A DNA stretch of 64,000 nucleotides from an uncultured Candidatus Saccharibacteria bacterium (GTDB lineage Bacteria; Patescibacteriota; Minisyncoccia; Phycocordibacterales; DATDWN01), in NCBI GenBank assembly GCA_964586695.1, contig CAZPGQ010000002.1, positions 6,337 through 70,336 of the forward strand. Reading direction: 5' to 3'. This document shows, piece after piece, positions 33,071-42,134 of this stretch. The notes below the pieces were generated by a model, which worked only from the letters and a program-made list of their open reading frames with translations, was not told the origin of the DNA and did no database searches. Positions within the stretch are counted from its first letter, which is position 1. Every line of letters begins with the position of its first letter. Both the position numbers and the translations under genes were made by a program.

Positions 33071-36000
33071 TCACTTGAAAGTCTTATCAAGGAAGTTTTT
33101 TATCTTTCCAACAACACTAGTTGAGCTTTTTCCAGTAGAAGACTGATTTGAATCAACAGTGGATGGTATTGCTTCTGTTGTCTTTTGTACAGAGATTGAG
33201 TTAACAATATTAACTGTAGCTGATTTGGACACAGGTTTCATATTTGCACCTCTACAAGTTATCACATAAGTAGAAGTTCTAGCAGGAGAAACTACTTGGG
33301 ATCCTGATAAATTCTTGCTACCAGCCCAACTACCAGAAGCCGTACAAGAAGTATATGACTTTGATGACCACTTAATAGTTGATGATCCTCCAAGTGTAAT
33401 GGACGAAGGTGATGCAGTGATCGTAACCAATTGAGATGAAGGTTCTACTTTGTTTACTGTTGTGGGTTTAACAGTAGTTGCTCCAGTTGATGACGTTGAT
33501 GATAATGTAGTAAATGAAAGAGTGTTTTCTCCTGACAAAACCCTTAGATTACCAGATGCATCAACAGCTTTTATCTTAAACATGTATGTAGTTTTTGGAT
33601 TTAAGTTAACAACAGTCATTGAGTGAACAGTTGATAACTCTGAATTTAGTCCTGTAATACAACCTGTAGATGGACAATTTCCAACAAACTCTATCTGACC
33701 AGTGGTTGGTTCATTTGTCTTCCAATATATTTTAACAGAATTCTTTGTAATACTTGTCTTAGCTACATTTGTTATAGTTGGAGCGACTGTATCAGTAGGT
33801 GAAGCTGTAGTTGTTTGTCCTGAACTTGTAACATTAACTGTTACAGAAGAAACGTACGTGACCAAACCATCACCGAAACATATCATTGTATATTTTGTTG
33901 TTTCTTTAGGAGAAACTATCTCTGAACCAGAAGTGTTAGTACTTGTTGTCCATGCAGTTGCCTTACAACCAGTGTATGCCGTAGAAGTCCATGAAATAGT
34001 AGATGATTCACCAGCTTTTATGGAAGTTGGAGAAGCTGAGATAGATAATGAAGGAAATACGTTGTTGGAACCTGTTCCTCCGGTACTTCCTCCAGTAGTT
34101 GTGCCTCCACCAGTTGTTCCAGTGCCTCCTGTTGTTCCACCAGTAGTACCACCAGTACTTCCCCCTGTATTACCTGTCGTTCCAGTTCCTGTGCCACCTG
34201 TATTTCCTCCAGTGTTTCCACCAGTTGTATTAGCAGGAGTAACATTTATAGAAGCAGACTGAACAGAAGACGCACCACCAGACCCACTACAAGATATTGA
34301 GTAGACTGAATCACTTGTTGGATTAACTGTAACTGTTCCAGATGTTCCCTTTGTGCCTGACCATGCCCCACTTGCTGTACAAGTAGTTGCATTGTTTGAT
34401 GACCAAGTAATAGTAGAAGGATCTCCAGAAACCACCACAGATGGTGAAGCGGATATGCTTGCTGTAGATATAAGCGCTGCTGTAACACTAACCGTTGCAG
34501 ACTGAGAAACTAAAGTTGTATTTGCTCCACTACATGCAAGTGTGTATGTTGTATTAGCTGTCGGACTTATAGAAACTGAACCAGATGTTCCCTTTACTCC
34601 AGTCCAACCTCCACTAGCTGTACAAGTTGTTGCGTTAGTTGTTGACCAATTTAACGATACAGGACTACCTACAGTGACAGATGAAGGTGAGGCAGAGATT
34701 GTAACTGTTGCAAGAGGACTCAGAGTAGTGACATTGATTGTGACTGACTTAGAAATTGATGTTTGACCAGTTCCACTACATGTAAGTGTGTATGTAGAGT
34801 TTGCTGTTGGGCTTACAGATACAGAACCAGATGTTCCTTTTGTACCTGACCATGCTCCGCTTGCTGTACAAGTAGTAAATACGGTTGATGACCAAGTGAG
34901 AGTTGATGAATTACCTGAGTTTATGTTTGTAGGTGAAGCAGAAATACTTACGGTTGGAGTTGGAACAACAGGAGGAATAACTGTAACTGTAACTGATTTT
35001 GAAACCGCTGTAACATTTGCTCCGCTACATGTAAGAGTGTAAGTAGAATCAGTTGTTGGACTCACTGATACAGAACCTGATGTTCCCTTTGTACCCGACC
35101 ACGCTCCTGATGCAGTACATGTTGTGGCGTTTGCTGTTGACCAAGTGAGAGTTGATGAATTACCAGAGTTTATGTTTGTGGGTGATGCTGAAATATTAAC
35201 TGTAGCTAAAGGTGGAGCTGTAACTACAATTGTTGCCGATTTAGAAATTGGAGTCGCATTCGCTCCACTACATGTAAGTGTATATGTAGAGTTTGCTGTT
35301 GGGCTTACAGATACAGAACCAGATGTTCCCTTTGTCCCTGACCATGCTCCACTTGCTGTACAAGTTGTTGCATTGGTTGATGACCAAGTAAGTGTAGATG
35401 AATTACCAGAAACAATTGTTGCTGGAGAAGTAGAAATACTAACAGTTGCTGGAGGAGGAGTAGAAACGTTGATAGTTGTAGACTGAGAAACACCAGTTGT
35501 ATTTGCGCCACTACATGTAAGTGTATATGTAGAGTTTGCTGTTGGGCTTACAGATACAGAACCAGATGTCCCCTTTGTTCCAGACCACGCTCCACTTGCT
35601 GTACAAGTTGTTGCATTGGTTGTTGACCAAGTAAGCGTTGATGAATTACCAGAGTTTATACTTGCTGGTGAAGCAGAAATGTTAACTGTTGCTAGAGGTG
35701 AAGTAATCAAGCTAATTTTTATATTCTGCGAAGCTGAAACTCCCCCAGAACCAACACAAGTCAATGTATATGAAGCTTGAGCATCCGGAGGTGTAACACT
35801 TTGACTACCAGAAGTTCCCTTTGTTCCTGTCCAATCGCCAGAAGCCGTACAAGATACCGCATTCGTTGTTGACCAAGTAATAGTTGATGAACTTCCAGCT
35901 ACAACTGAAGTTGGAGAGGCAGACATAGATATTGTTGGTGCTGAACCAGTACCAACAGAAACAGTAACTGACTGTGATGCAGAATTTATATTTGTTCCAT

Positions 36001-38647
36001 TACAAGTCAATGTATAAGTAGTGTTTGCTGTTGGGTTAACTGTTGCTGTTCCAGATGTAGCCTTTGTTCCAGTCCATCCTCCACTTGCTGTACAAGTTGT
36101 TGCTATAGTTGAAGACCAAGTGATTGTTGCAGAGCCACCAGATGAAACTGAGGTTGGAGAAACAGACATAGAAACCGTAGCTGTTTGATTTGTAGAAACT
36201 ATTGGACCCCCAACAAGACCTGTAGGTTTAACTATAGGTGTGAGTGGTGCAGTAGAAATAGAAGTATATGGACATGTTATTCCATTGATTTCTGGACGAG
36301 AAGTCGTGTCTGAACAAGTTGCTGGTGTTCCAGCAACAGCATAACCATATTGAGCAAAACTTTGGGTATTGGTTAGCCCAGCTACAGGAGTAGATAGAAG
36401 AGAAATACAGTTTGGTCCATATTGAAGCGAATAGTAACCCTGCGGAACTATAGCATTTGCATCTGCCTCTTTGTAGAACACTCTGAAGTTATTCCCTGCT
36501 ACTTGATTATAGTCTGTAACAAATAATTCATCCTTTTGAATAACGCTTCTTACTGGATTTGCGGAAAATACCATACTAATGTTTTTTGTAGCTGGACCAG
36601 ATGCATCAAATTTTACATTTTTTACTAGAGTCAGTCTTGGTAGGTTATATATCGCACTACAAGAAGATGTCCACATCGTACCGTAATATATATTATTGGT
36701 ATAGTTTCTAAGATATGTATTCTCTATTATTTGTGTACCTTGCACATCTGTACTTGGTGATATTCCAACGTTCATACCCTGAATATCAGAATTCTTAATT
36801 GTTATATTGTTTCCATAATAATCACCACCATTGTAACCAAGCCCACAACAAGAAGCCTGATTAGGTGGTATATTTCCGCCTCTTATTACCAAACCATCAA
36901 AAGTTACGTTGTAGCTTGGGTACTGCCAAATACCATTGTCGGAAACATGCCAAATCTTAAGATCTTTAATGAGATTTACCCCTGATGCTCTTGGTGTTCG
37001 ATATTCAGCACCCAACCACCAGAATGTAAATCCAACCGTTCCGGCACCATATATTTCGTTATTTGAGTCCTCTGGAATAACAATAGAGTTACCTTGAACT
37101 ACAGTATACTGGCCTGCAACAGTAGTATCTGCACCCTTGTACTTTGGTATTTTTACATTACCTAAATATTCATGCCAGTATGCAATCCCCCATGATCTAA
37201 AATTTGCAACAACATTGTTTCGCAAAATGTTGTTTGGTCCTCTAAGCCATATTCCTCCTCCTTCGAAACCAAATTCTGTGCCTCTTTCATTACCTCTTCC
37301 TCCAGCTCCGTCAGTTCTAACAACAAAGTTATGATCAAAGACATTCATTGTTTCATTTCCATCCTCTGTCATAATTCCAGCACCAGGATAGTTGTATACA
37401 ACATTGTCCTGTATCAATCCAAAGTGACTATCGTGAATAGTAATACCCCACTTAAACTTGTGGACAGTTGAACCTCCATCTACAGCATTTCCAATCAGTG
37501 TGAACTGATAGCCATTTGAAGGAGTGGTCATTGGACCCATATTGTGGTGCATATGCAGAGGATATCTACCCTTTTGGTTTGTACCGATAGCTACAGGATC
37601 ATATGTTGTACGTCCCATATCCTTGAATGTTGCGTAACGTATATCTGTGTCTGACATATGCATCATCGCCATATGACCTCGTGTGCCAGTAGGATTAGCA
37701 GAGCTAAATGTTATATTTCTAGTTAAGTTTCCTACGTGTGGCAAGAAAGTGATGCTTCCAGCAACATCCCTAGCACCTTTATGGTTATAAGCAAGGGCTC
37801 GATCTAGAGTAATTGTTGAACCAGATATACCCTGTATTGTAAATTCTTCCCATTGAGGTACCTTTGGATAAAATCTACTATCAACATCAGCCTGTCTGTA
37901 GTGTCTTGTATCTGGGATAAAAATTCTGTCCCCAACTTGCCATCCAGTTGGAGCCTGTGCCAAAGAAATAGTACTTTGTCCTGCCATTGGCTCTGATGCA
38001 ACTTTTACAAAAGTTGGATTCTTTGTTGAACCAGCAATTCTAACCTTTCCAAGAGATAGAAAACCTGTTCCCCATTGTTCAGGATCAAGATTTGTATCTA
38101 TTGCAGTGTTAGCGATAACAACCTCTGCTGTAACAGATGGATTAACAGGTGTAGAAACAGTACCTATTTCTAGATAACCGTTAGACATAACCTGTAAGTT
38201 TGTAACTGTAAGTTTTGTATTTATATCTGTTCGGAACTTTAGAGTACCATTTATGGATACAGTGTAAGCTGTACCAGAAGTAGAATCATATGTAATAGTC
38301 TGACCAGTAGGAATAACCACAATATCAGCAGAAGTTGGAAGAACACCCCCAGACCACACTGTCGGATCAGACCAAACACCGGATTTCAAAGATGTAACTT
38401 GTGGTTTTGTAAAATCTTGCGCAAAGTCAGGGATATGATCACCACTCATAACCAAAGCATTAGGCAAAGCAGCTGCATATGCAGTGGAAATATATGTAGT
38501 ATAAATCGCTGAAGTAAGAGAGAAAGTAGTAATGAGTGCTATAGCAACAAACCCGGCCCAGTGAACATGATGATGATAATCTTTTTCATGCCAATTCTTA
38601 TAAAAATCACTGTTGTCAGTGAACCACGAATGTATTGTATTGATCAT
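33071..38647 (-). CDS. 1858-aa surface protein: G8 domain, parallel beta-helix, ~10 disulfide Ig-like repeats, Gly/Thr linker, FN3-like domain
   Basis: SGVWSDPTVWSGGVLP (G8), GRYPLHMH, WGITIHDSH, repeated W(S)xxNATTCTASGxWSGTKGTSG...YTLTC, and WKTNEPTTGQIEF. Confidence 0.85.
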   Translation of the reverse strand: MINTIHSWFTDNSDFYKNWHEKDYHHHVHWAGFVAIALITTFSLTSAIYTTYISTAYAAALPNALVMSGDHIPDFAQDFTKPQVTSLKSGVWSDPTVWSGGVLPTSADIVVIPTGQTITYDSTSGTAYTVSINGTLKFRTDINTKLTVTNLQVMSNGYLEIGTVSTPVNPSVTAEVVIANTAIDTNLDPEQWGTGFLSLGKVRIAGSTKNPTFVKVASEPMAGQSTISLAQAPTGWQVGDRIFIPDTRHYRQADVDSRFYPKVPQWEEFTIQGISGSTITLDRALAYNHKGARDVAGSITFLPHVGNLTRNITFSSANPTGTRGHMAMMHMSDTDIRYATFKDMGRTTYDPVAIGTNQKGRYPLHMHHNMGPMTTPSNGYQFTLIGNAVDGGSTVHKFKWGITIHDSHFGLIQDNVVYNYPGAGIMTEDGNETMNVFDHNFVVRTDGAGGRGNERGTEFGFEGGGIWLRGPNNILRNNVVANFRSWGIAYWHEYLGNVKIPKYKGADTTVAGQYTVVQGNSIVIPEDSNNEIYGAGTVGFTFWWLGAEYRTPRASGVNLIKDLKIWHVSDNGIWQYPSYNVTFDGLVIRGGNIPPNQASCCGLGYNGGDYYGNNITIKNSDIQGMNVGISPSTDVQGTQIIENTYLRNYTNNIYYGTMWTSSCSAIYNLPRLTLVKNVKFDASGPATKNISMVFSANPVRSVIQKDELFVTDYNQVAGNNFRVFYKEADANAIVPQGYYSLQYGPNCISLLSTPVAGLTNTQSFAQYGYAVAGTPATCSDTTSRPEINGITCPYTSISTAPLTPIVKPTGLVGGPIVSTNQTATVSMSVSPTSVSSGGSATITWSSTIATTCTASGGWTGTKATSGTATVNPTANTTYTLTCNGTNINSASQSVTVSVGTGSAPTISMSASPTSVVAGSSSTITWSTTNAVSCTASGDWTGTKGTSGSQSVTPPDAQASYTLTCVGSGGVSASQNIKISLITSPLATVNISASPASINSGNSSTLTWSTTNATTCTASGAWSGTKGTSGSVSVSPTANSTYTLTCSGANTTGVSQSTTINVSTPPPATVSISTSPATIVSGNSSTLTWSSTNATTCTASGAWSGTKGTSGSVSVSPTANSTYTLTCSGANATPISKSATIVVTAPPLATVNISASPTNINSGNSSTLTWSTANATTCTASGAWSGTKGTSGSVSVSPTTDSTYTLTCSGANVTAVSKSVTVTVIPPVVPTPTVSISASPTNINSGNSSTLTWSSTVFTTCTASGAWSGTKGTSGSVSVSPTANSTYTLTCSGTGQTSISKSVTINVTTLSPLATVTISASPSSVTVGSPVSLNWSTTNATTCTASGGWTGVKGTSGSVSISPTANTTYTLACSGANTTLVSQSATVSVTAALISTASISASPSVVVSGDPSTITWSSNNATTCTASGAWSGTKGTSGTVTVNPTSDSVYSISCSGSGGASSVQSASINVTPANTTGGNTGGNTGGTGTGTTGNTGGSTGGTTGGTTGGTGTTGGGTTTGGSTGGTGSNNVFPSLSISASPTSIKAGESSTISWTSTAYTGCKATAWTTSTNTSGSEIVSPKETTKYTMICFGDGLVTYVSSVTVNVTSSGQTTTASPTDTVAPTITNVAKTSITKNSVKIYWKTNEPTTGQIEFVGNCPSTGCITGLNSELSTVHSMTVVNLNPKTTYMFKIKAVDASGNLRVLSGENTLSFTTLSSTSSTGATTVKPTTVNKVEPSSQLVTITASPSSITLGGSSTIKWSSKSYTSCTASGSWAGSKNLSGSQVVSPARTSTYVITCRGANMKPVSKSATVNIVNSISVQKTTEAIPSTVDSNQSSTGKSSTSVVGKIKNFLDKTFK
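34240..36190 (-). repeat. Eight tandem ~245-bp Ig-like repeat units, several near-identical in DNA
   Basis: For example CATGTAAGTGT(A/G)TATGTAGAGTTTGCTGTTGGGCTTACAGATACAGAACCAGATGT recurs near 34780, 35270 and 35515. Confidence 0.85.
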
Positions 38648-38737
38648 ATGCTCAACATTATCTCACTCAGAGAAATAAAAGTCTATGAAATATGAGAACT
38701 TATCCACAAAACATTCGGCATATTTAAAATTCCAATG

Positions 38738-38826
38738 CGGAGACGGACGGATTCGAACCGTCGGTGCCGTTTAAAGGGCACACCTCTTTAGCAAAGAGGC
38801 ACGTTAGACCACTCTGACACGTCTCC
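38738..38826 (-). tRNA. tRNA-Ser(GCT)
   Basis: GGAGACG...CGTCTCC-G; anticodon arm CCTCT-TTGCTAA-AGAGG; long variable arm. Confidence 0.93.
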
Positions 38827-38891
38827 AATATAGTGCAGATTATCACAAATAGGCATTTTTTAAAATGTTGTGATATATTTACTTTTATCTT

Positions 38892-38978
38892 GGAGAGATG
38901 GATGAGTGGCTTAAATCAACGGTTTACTAAACCGTCATCCCTTAATTGGGATCGCGAGTTCGAATCTCGCTCTCTCCG
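38892..38978 (+). tRNA. tRNA-Ser(ACT), rare A34 anticodon
   Basis: GGAGAGA...TCTCTCC-G; anticodon arm ACGGT-TTACTAA-ACCGT; long variable arm; G73. Confidence 0.88.
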
Positions 38979-39147
38979 CAAGTAAAAATTACTTGTAATT
39001 TTTATCGAAGGAGAGGAGGACTAGCTTTTTGTATTCAAAAAGCGTTAGTCGATTCGAAAAGGTTCTTTAGATATTTTTAGAGCTTGCGAATAAAAATATC
39101 AAAAACCTGCACTGAAACTGTAAGTTTCGAATCTCGCTCTCTCCGCA
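38979..39147 (+). repeat. tRNA 3'-mirror element appended to tRNA-Ser(ACT)
   Basis: 22-bp direct copy TTCGAATCTCGCTCTCTCCGCA (39126-39147 = 38959-38980); split inverted copy GGAGAG (39010-39015) + GATTCGAA (39051-39058). Confidence 0.8.
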
Positions 39148-39197
39148 GGAGAAATTTATTATGATAAAATAATGCCATTATTATTATCATAAATAAA

Positions 39198-39467
39198 ATG
39201 TTCAAAATCATAGGAGATATTTTTATTCCCCACCCCTATCTTGCACTAATACCAGCTATTATTTTTGGTTTTATATATTTTAAAAATAAGCAATCAGCAC
39301 TCCTTTGGCCAATTTCACTTTGGACACTGTATGCAATATACGAGGAGCTAAATTTACTCAGAATCACTTGTTCTGGGGAATGTAATATAAGAATAGATTT
39401 GTTTTTGATCTACCCTATTCTTGCAGTTGTATCTATCTGGGGAATTATAAAAAGTTTTAACAAATAA
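39198..39467 (+). CDS. Small membrane protein
   Basis: 89 aa, 3 hydrophobic segments, CSGECNIRIDL motif. Confidence 0.75.
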   Translation: MFKIIGDIFIPHPYLALIPAIIFGFIYFKNKQSALLWPISLWTLYAIYEELNLLRITCSGECNIRIDLFLIYPILAVVSIWGIIKSFNK

Positions 39468-39504
39468 ACGAAAGGGCGCGGGTAAATTCACCGCGCCCAC
39501 CGTA

Positions 39505-39651
39505 TCAATCAACTTCCCGACATCTTTTGGGAATTTTGCTGATATCCTCGATCCTCTGCTTCCTCTCCCGCATCTGCTTGTCTGTTTCACCCGGGGCCCT
39601 TTCTGGCGGAGGAGCAGACTCTTCAGAATCTCGATTGGTTAGAATTTCCAA
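39505..39651 (-). CDS. 48-aa orphan small protein (MEILTNRDSEESAPPPERAPGETDKQMRERKQRIEDISKIPKRCREVD)
   Basis: TTG start 6 nt after GAGGAG; promoter TTGACG-16-TATAAT (39723-39696); GC-rich hairpin 39474-39498 just after the stop. Confidence 0.55.
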   Translation of the reverse strand: MEILTNRDSEESAPPPERAPGETDKQMRERKQRIEDISKIPKRCREVD

Positions 39652-39788
39652 GATGAGCTCCTCTCAAGGTTTCGGTCCGGCACAATCCGCATTTAATTAT
39701 ACCACCATACCAAACTACGTCAATAGATACCAAAATAGTAATAAATGTGGATAATATTTGTAGTATAATGTTCTCCTAACCTAACCAA

Positions 39789-40946
39789 ATGAACTACTAC
39801 AAAAAATCACTGGATCTACACAAAAAACTTAAAGGCAAACTAGAAGTTATTTCAAAAACAAAAATAAAAAACAAAGATGACCTTTCGACTGTATACACTC
39901 CGGGTGTAGCAGAAGTATCCAGAACTCTCTCAAAAAACCCTGCTCTCGCCAGAACTTACTCAATGAAAGCAAACTCTGTCGCTGTTATATCTGACGGCTC
40001 TGCAGTACTTGGTCTTGGGAATATTGGCCCATATGGGGCGCTACCGGTAATGGAAGGCAAGGCGGTTTTGTTCAAAGAATTTGCTGGAGTGGATGCCTAC
40101 CCTATTTGTCTTGATACACAAGACACAGAAGAAATAATAAAAACAATAAAAAACATTGCCCCAGGTTTCGGAGGAATAAATCTGGAAGATATTTCTGCAC
40201 CAAGATGTTTTGAAATTGAAGAAAGACTAAAAAAAGAACTAGATATCCCTGTCATGCACGATGACCAACATGGAACAGCTATTGTGGTTCTTGCTTCTCT
40301 TATTAACGCCCTAAAGATAGTTAAGAAAGAAAAAACCAAAGTCAGAGTTGTTATAAACGGCGCTGGCTCTGCAGCAATAGCGATAGCCAAACTTCTTATG
40401 GAATACGGTTTTAATGGTCACAATATGATCATGGTAGACAGTGTGGGAATAATCTACCGTGGTCGCGAAGGCATGAACCCTCACAAATCCTTTATCGCAG
40501 AAAAAACAAACTTAAAAAAAGTATCCGGATTACTTGAACATGCGTTGGTGGGTGCAGATATTTTTATTGGAGTTTCTGTTGCTGATTCTCTAAAACCAGA
40601 ATGGGTAGAAACAATGTCAGAAGATCCTATTGTCATCGCGCTAGCAAACCCTAATCCAGAAATAAGTATGGAAAAAGCCAAAAAAACAAAGATCAAAGTT
40701 TTTGGGACTGGTCGTTCCGACTACCCTAACCAAATAAACAACGTTCTGGTTTTTCCTGGTATCTTTCGGGGAGTCTTAGACAGTGGAGCAAAACAGATAA
40801 CTGAAAAAATGAAGCTGGCTTCGGCAGAGGCTATAGCGAAACTAGTCTCAAAAAAAGAGCTATCTGCTTCTTATATAATCCCAAATCCTTTTGATAAAAG
40901 AGTAGCAAAAGCTGTTGCAAATGCAGTTAAAAAGGTTTCCAAGTAA
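39789..40946 (+). CDS. NAD(P)-dependent malic enzyme
   Basis: [35 protein letters not shown] and [13 protein letters not shown]. Confidence 0.95.
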   Translation: MNYYKKSLDLHKKLKGKLEVISKTKIKNKDDLSTVYTPGVAEVSRTLSKNPALARTYSMKANSVAVISDGSAVLGLGNIGPYGALPVMEGKAVLFKEFAGVDAYPICLDTQDTEEIIKTIKNIAPGFGGINLEDISAPRCFEIEERLKKELDIPVMHDDQHGTAIVVLASLINALKIVKKEKTKVRVVINGAGSAAIAIAKLLMEYGFNGHNMIMVDSVGIIYRGREGMNPHKSFIAEKTNLKKVSGLLEHALVGADIFIGVSVADSLKPEWVETMSEDPIVIALANPNPEISMEKAKKTKIKVFGTGRSDYPNQINNVLVFPGIFRGVLDSGAKQITEKMKLASAEAIAKLVSKKELSASYIIPNPFDKRVAKAVANAVKKVSK

Positions 40947-41062
40947 ATAAGGACGGGTGTTTTAATTTATGTTCTAATGTTACAATCTTGAAAGGAAGAT
41001 GCGGGTTTATCGTCTTCATGAAAGTACGGTTATTGCCGTCATTTATAATTTAAAATTTACCA

Positions 41063-42064
41063 ATGAATATCAAAAAAATCGCAAGTATAGCCATAGCAGG
41101 TGTTATGGCTATGGGCCCTGTTATGACATACGCACAAACAGCGACCACAACTTCAAATACGCAAGTTCAAACAATGATGAGCCAGATACAAACATTACAG
41201 GCTCAAATACAAGCTTTAAAAAATTTACAAGCCCAAGTTGCATCTACAACAGCAAGTATATCTGCGACACTAGGTCAAATGAGAAATCTTCGACAAGGAA
41301 TGAGTGGTGAAGATGTGAAAGCTCTTCAAGCAATATTAGCTTCTGATCCAAATATCTATTCTGGAGAAATTACAGGATTCTTTGGAAATCTTACTGCCGA
41401 AGCTCTTAAAAAATACCAGAAGAAGTTTGGTATTGACGCAGTTGGATATGTTGGACCAAAAACTCTAAAGAAAATCTCTGAACACATGAATGAGATTGGA
41501 CTTTCATCAGAAAACCGAGAATCAAATAATTCAGAAAAGAAGAAAGGAGATGATGACAAAAAACAATTATGTGTAAAGGTGGCGCCTGGCCAATTAATTG
41601 CGCCCGGTCAGCAAAAAAGAGATGATGATAGAAAAGGTGATGACGACAGAAATGAGAGAGAAAGAAAGAATAACATTTTATCAAAACTACCTCTTTGTAA
41701 AGATCTTCCTAAAGGAATAGACGACAAAATTAATGGTGAAAATCATGGTACAGTAACACCAAGAGACACTACCGCTCCAGTAATATCTTCTGTTGGAACA
41801 AGCAATATTCTTGCAACTACGACAAACATTGTTTGGACAACAAATGAAAACTCAAACAGCAGAGTTTGGTTTGGAACAACAAACCCAGTAAACTACAAGG
41901 CTGATCCAAACATAAGAACTGGAGATCTATTTGTAACAAACCATGTTATTCCTCTATCAGGACTTTCTACTTCAACAACTTACTACTTTGTAGTTGGTTC
42001 AATTGATCCAAAAGGAAATGTAGCAACATCTAGTCAGAGTTCATTCACTACTCTAGCTCAATAA
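41063..42064 (+). CDS. Secreted peptidoglycan-binding-domain protein with a C-terminal FN3-like domain
   Basis: Signal peptide, coiled coil, LRQGMSGEDVKALQ...TGFFGNLT...VGPKT, and WTTNENSNSRV. Confidence 0.8.
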   Translation: MNIKKIASIAIAGVMAMGPVMTYAQTATTTSNTQVQTMMSQIQTLQAQIQALKNLQAQVASTTASISATLGQMRNLRQGMSGEDVKALQAILASDPNIYSGEITGFFGNLTAEALKKYQKKFGIDAVGYVGPKTLKKISEHMNEIGLSSENRESNNSEKKKGDDDKKQLCVKVAPGQLIAPGQQKRDDDRKGDDDRNERERKNNILSKLPLCKDLPKGIDDKINGENHGTVTPRDTTAPVISSVGTSNILATTTNIVWTTNENSNSRVWFGTTNPVNYKADPNIRTGDLFVTNHVIPLSGLSTSTTYYFVVGSIDPKGNVATSSQSSFTTLAQ

Positions 42065-42086
42065 GCTTAATTAGATCTGATTTCAC

Positions 42087-42112
42087 AAAAACAACCCTAG
42101 CGGGTTGTTTTT
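42087..42112. terminator. Intrinsic terminator
   Basis: AAAAACAACCC-TAGC-GGGTTGTTTTT. Confidence 0.75.
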
Positions 42113-42134
42113 GTTTTCATGATAAAATGCTTAT

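Noticed and set aside
38959-39147. Prophage or genomic island bounded by the tRNA 3' direct repeats
   Set aside because: The repeats enclose under 200 bp with no integrase or cargo; the locus is reported as a mini-element instead.
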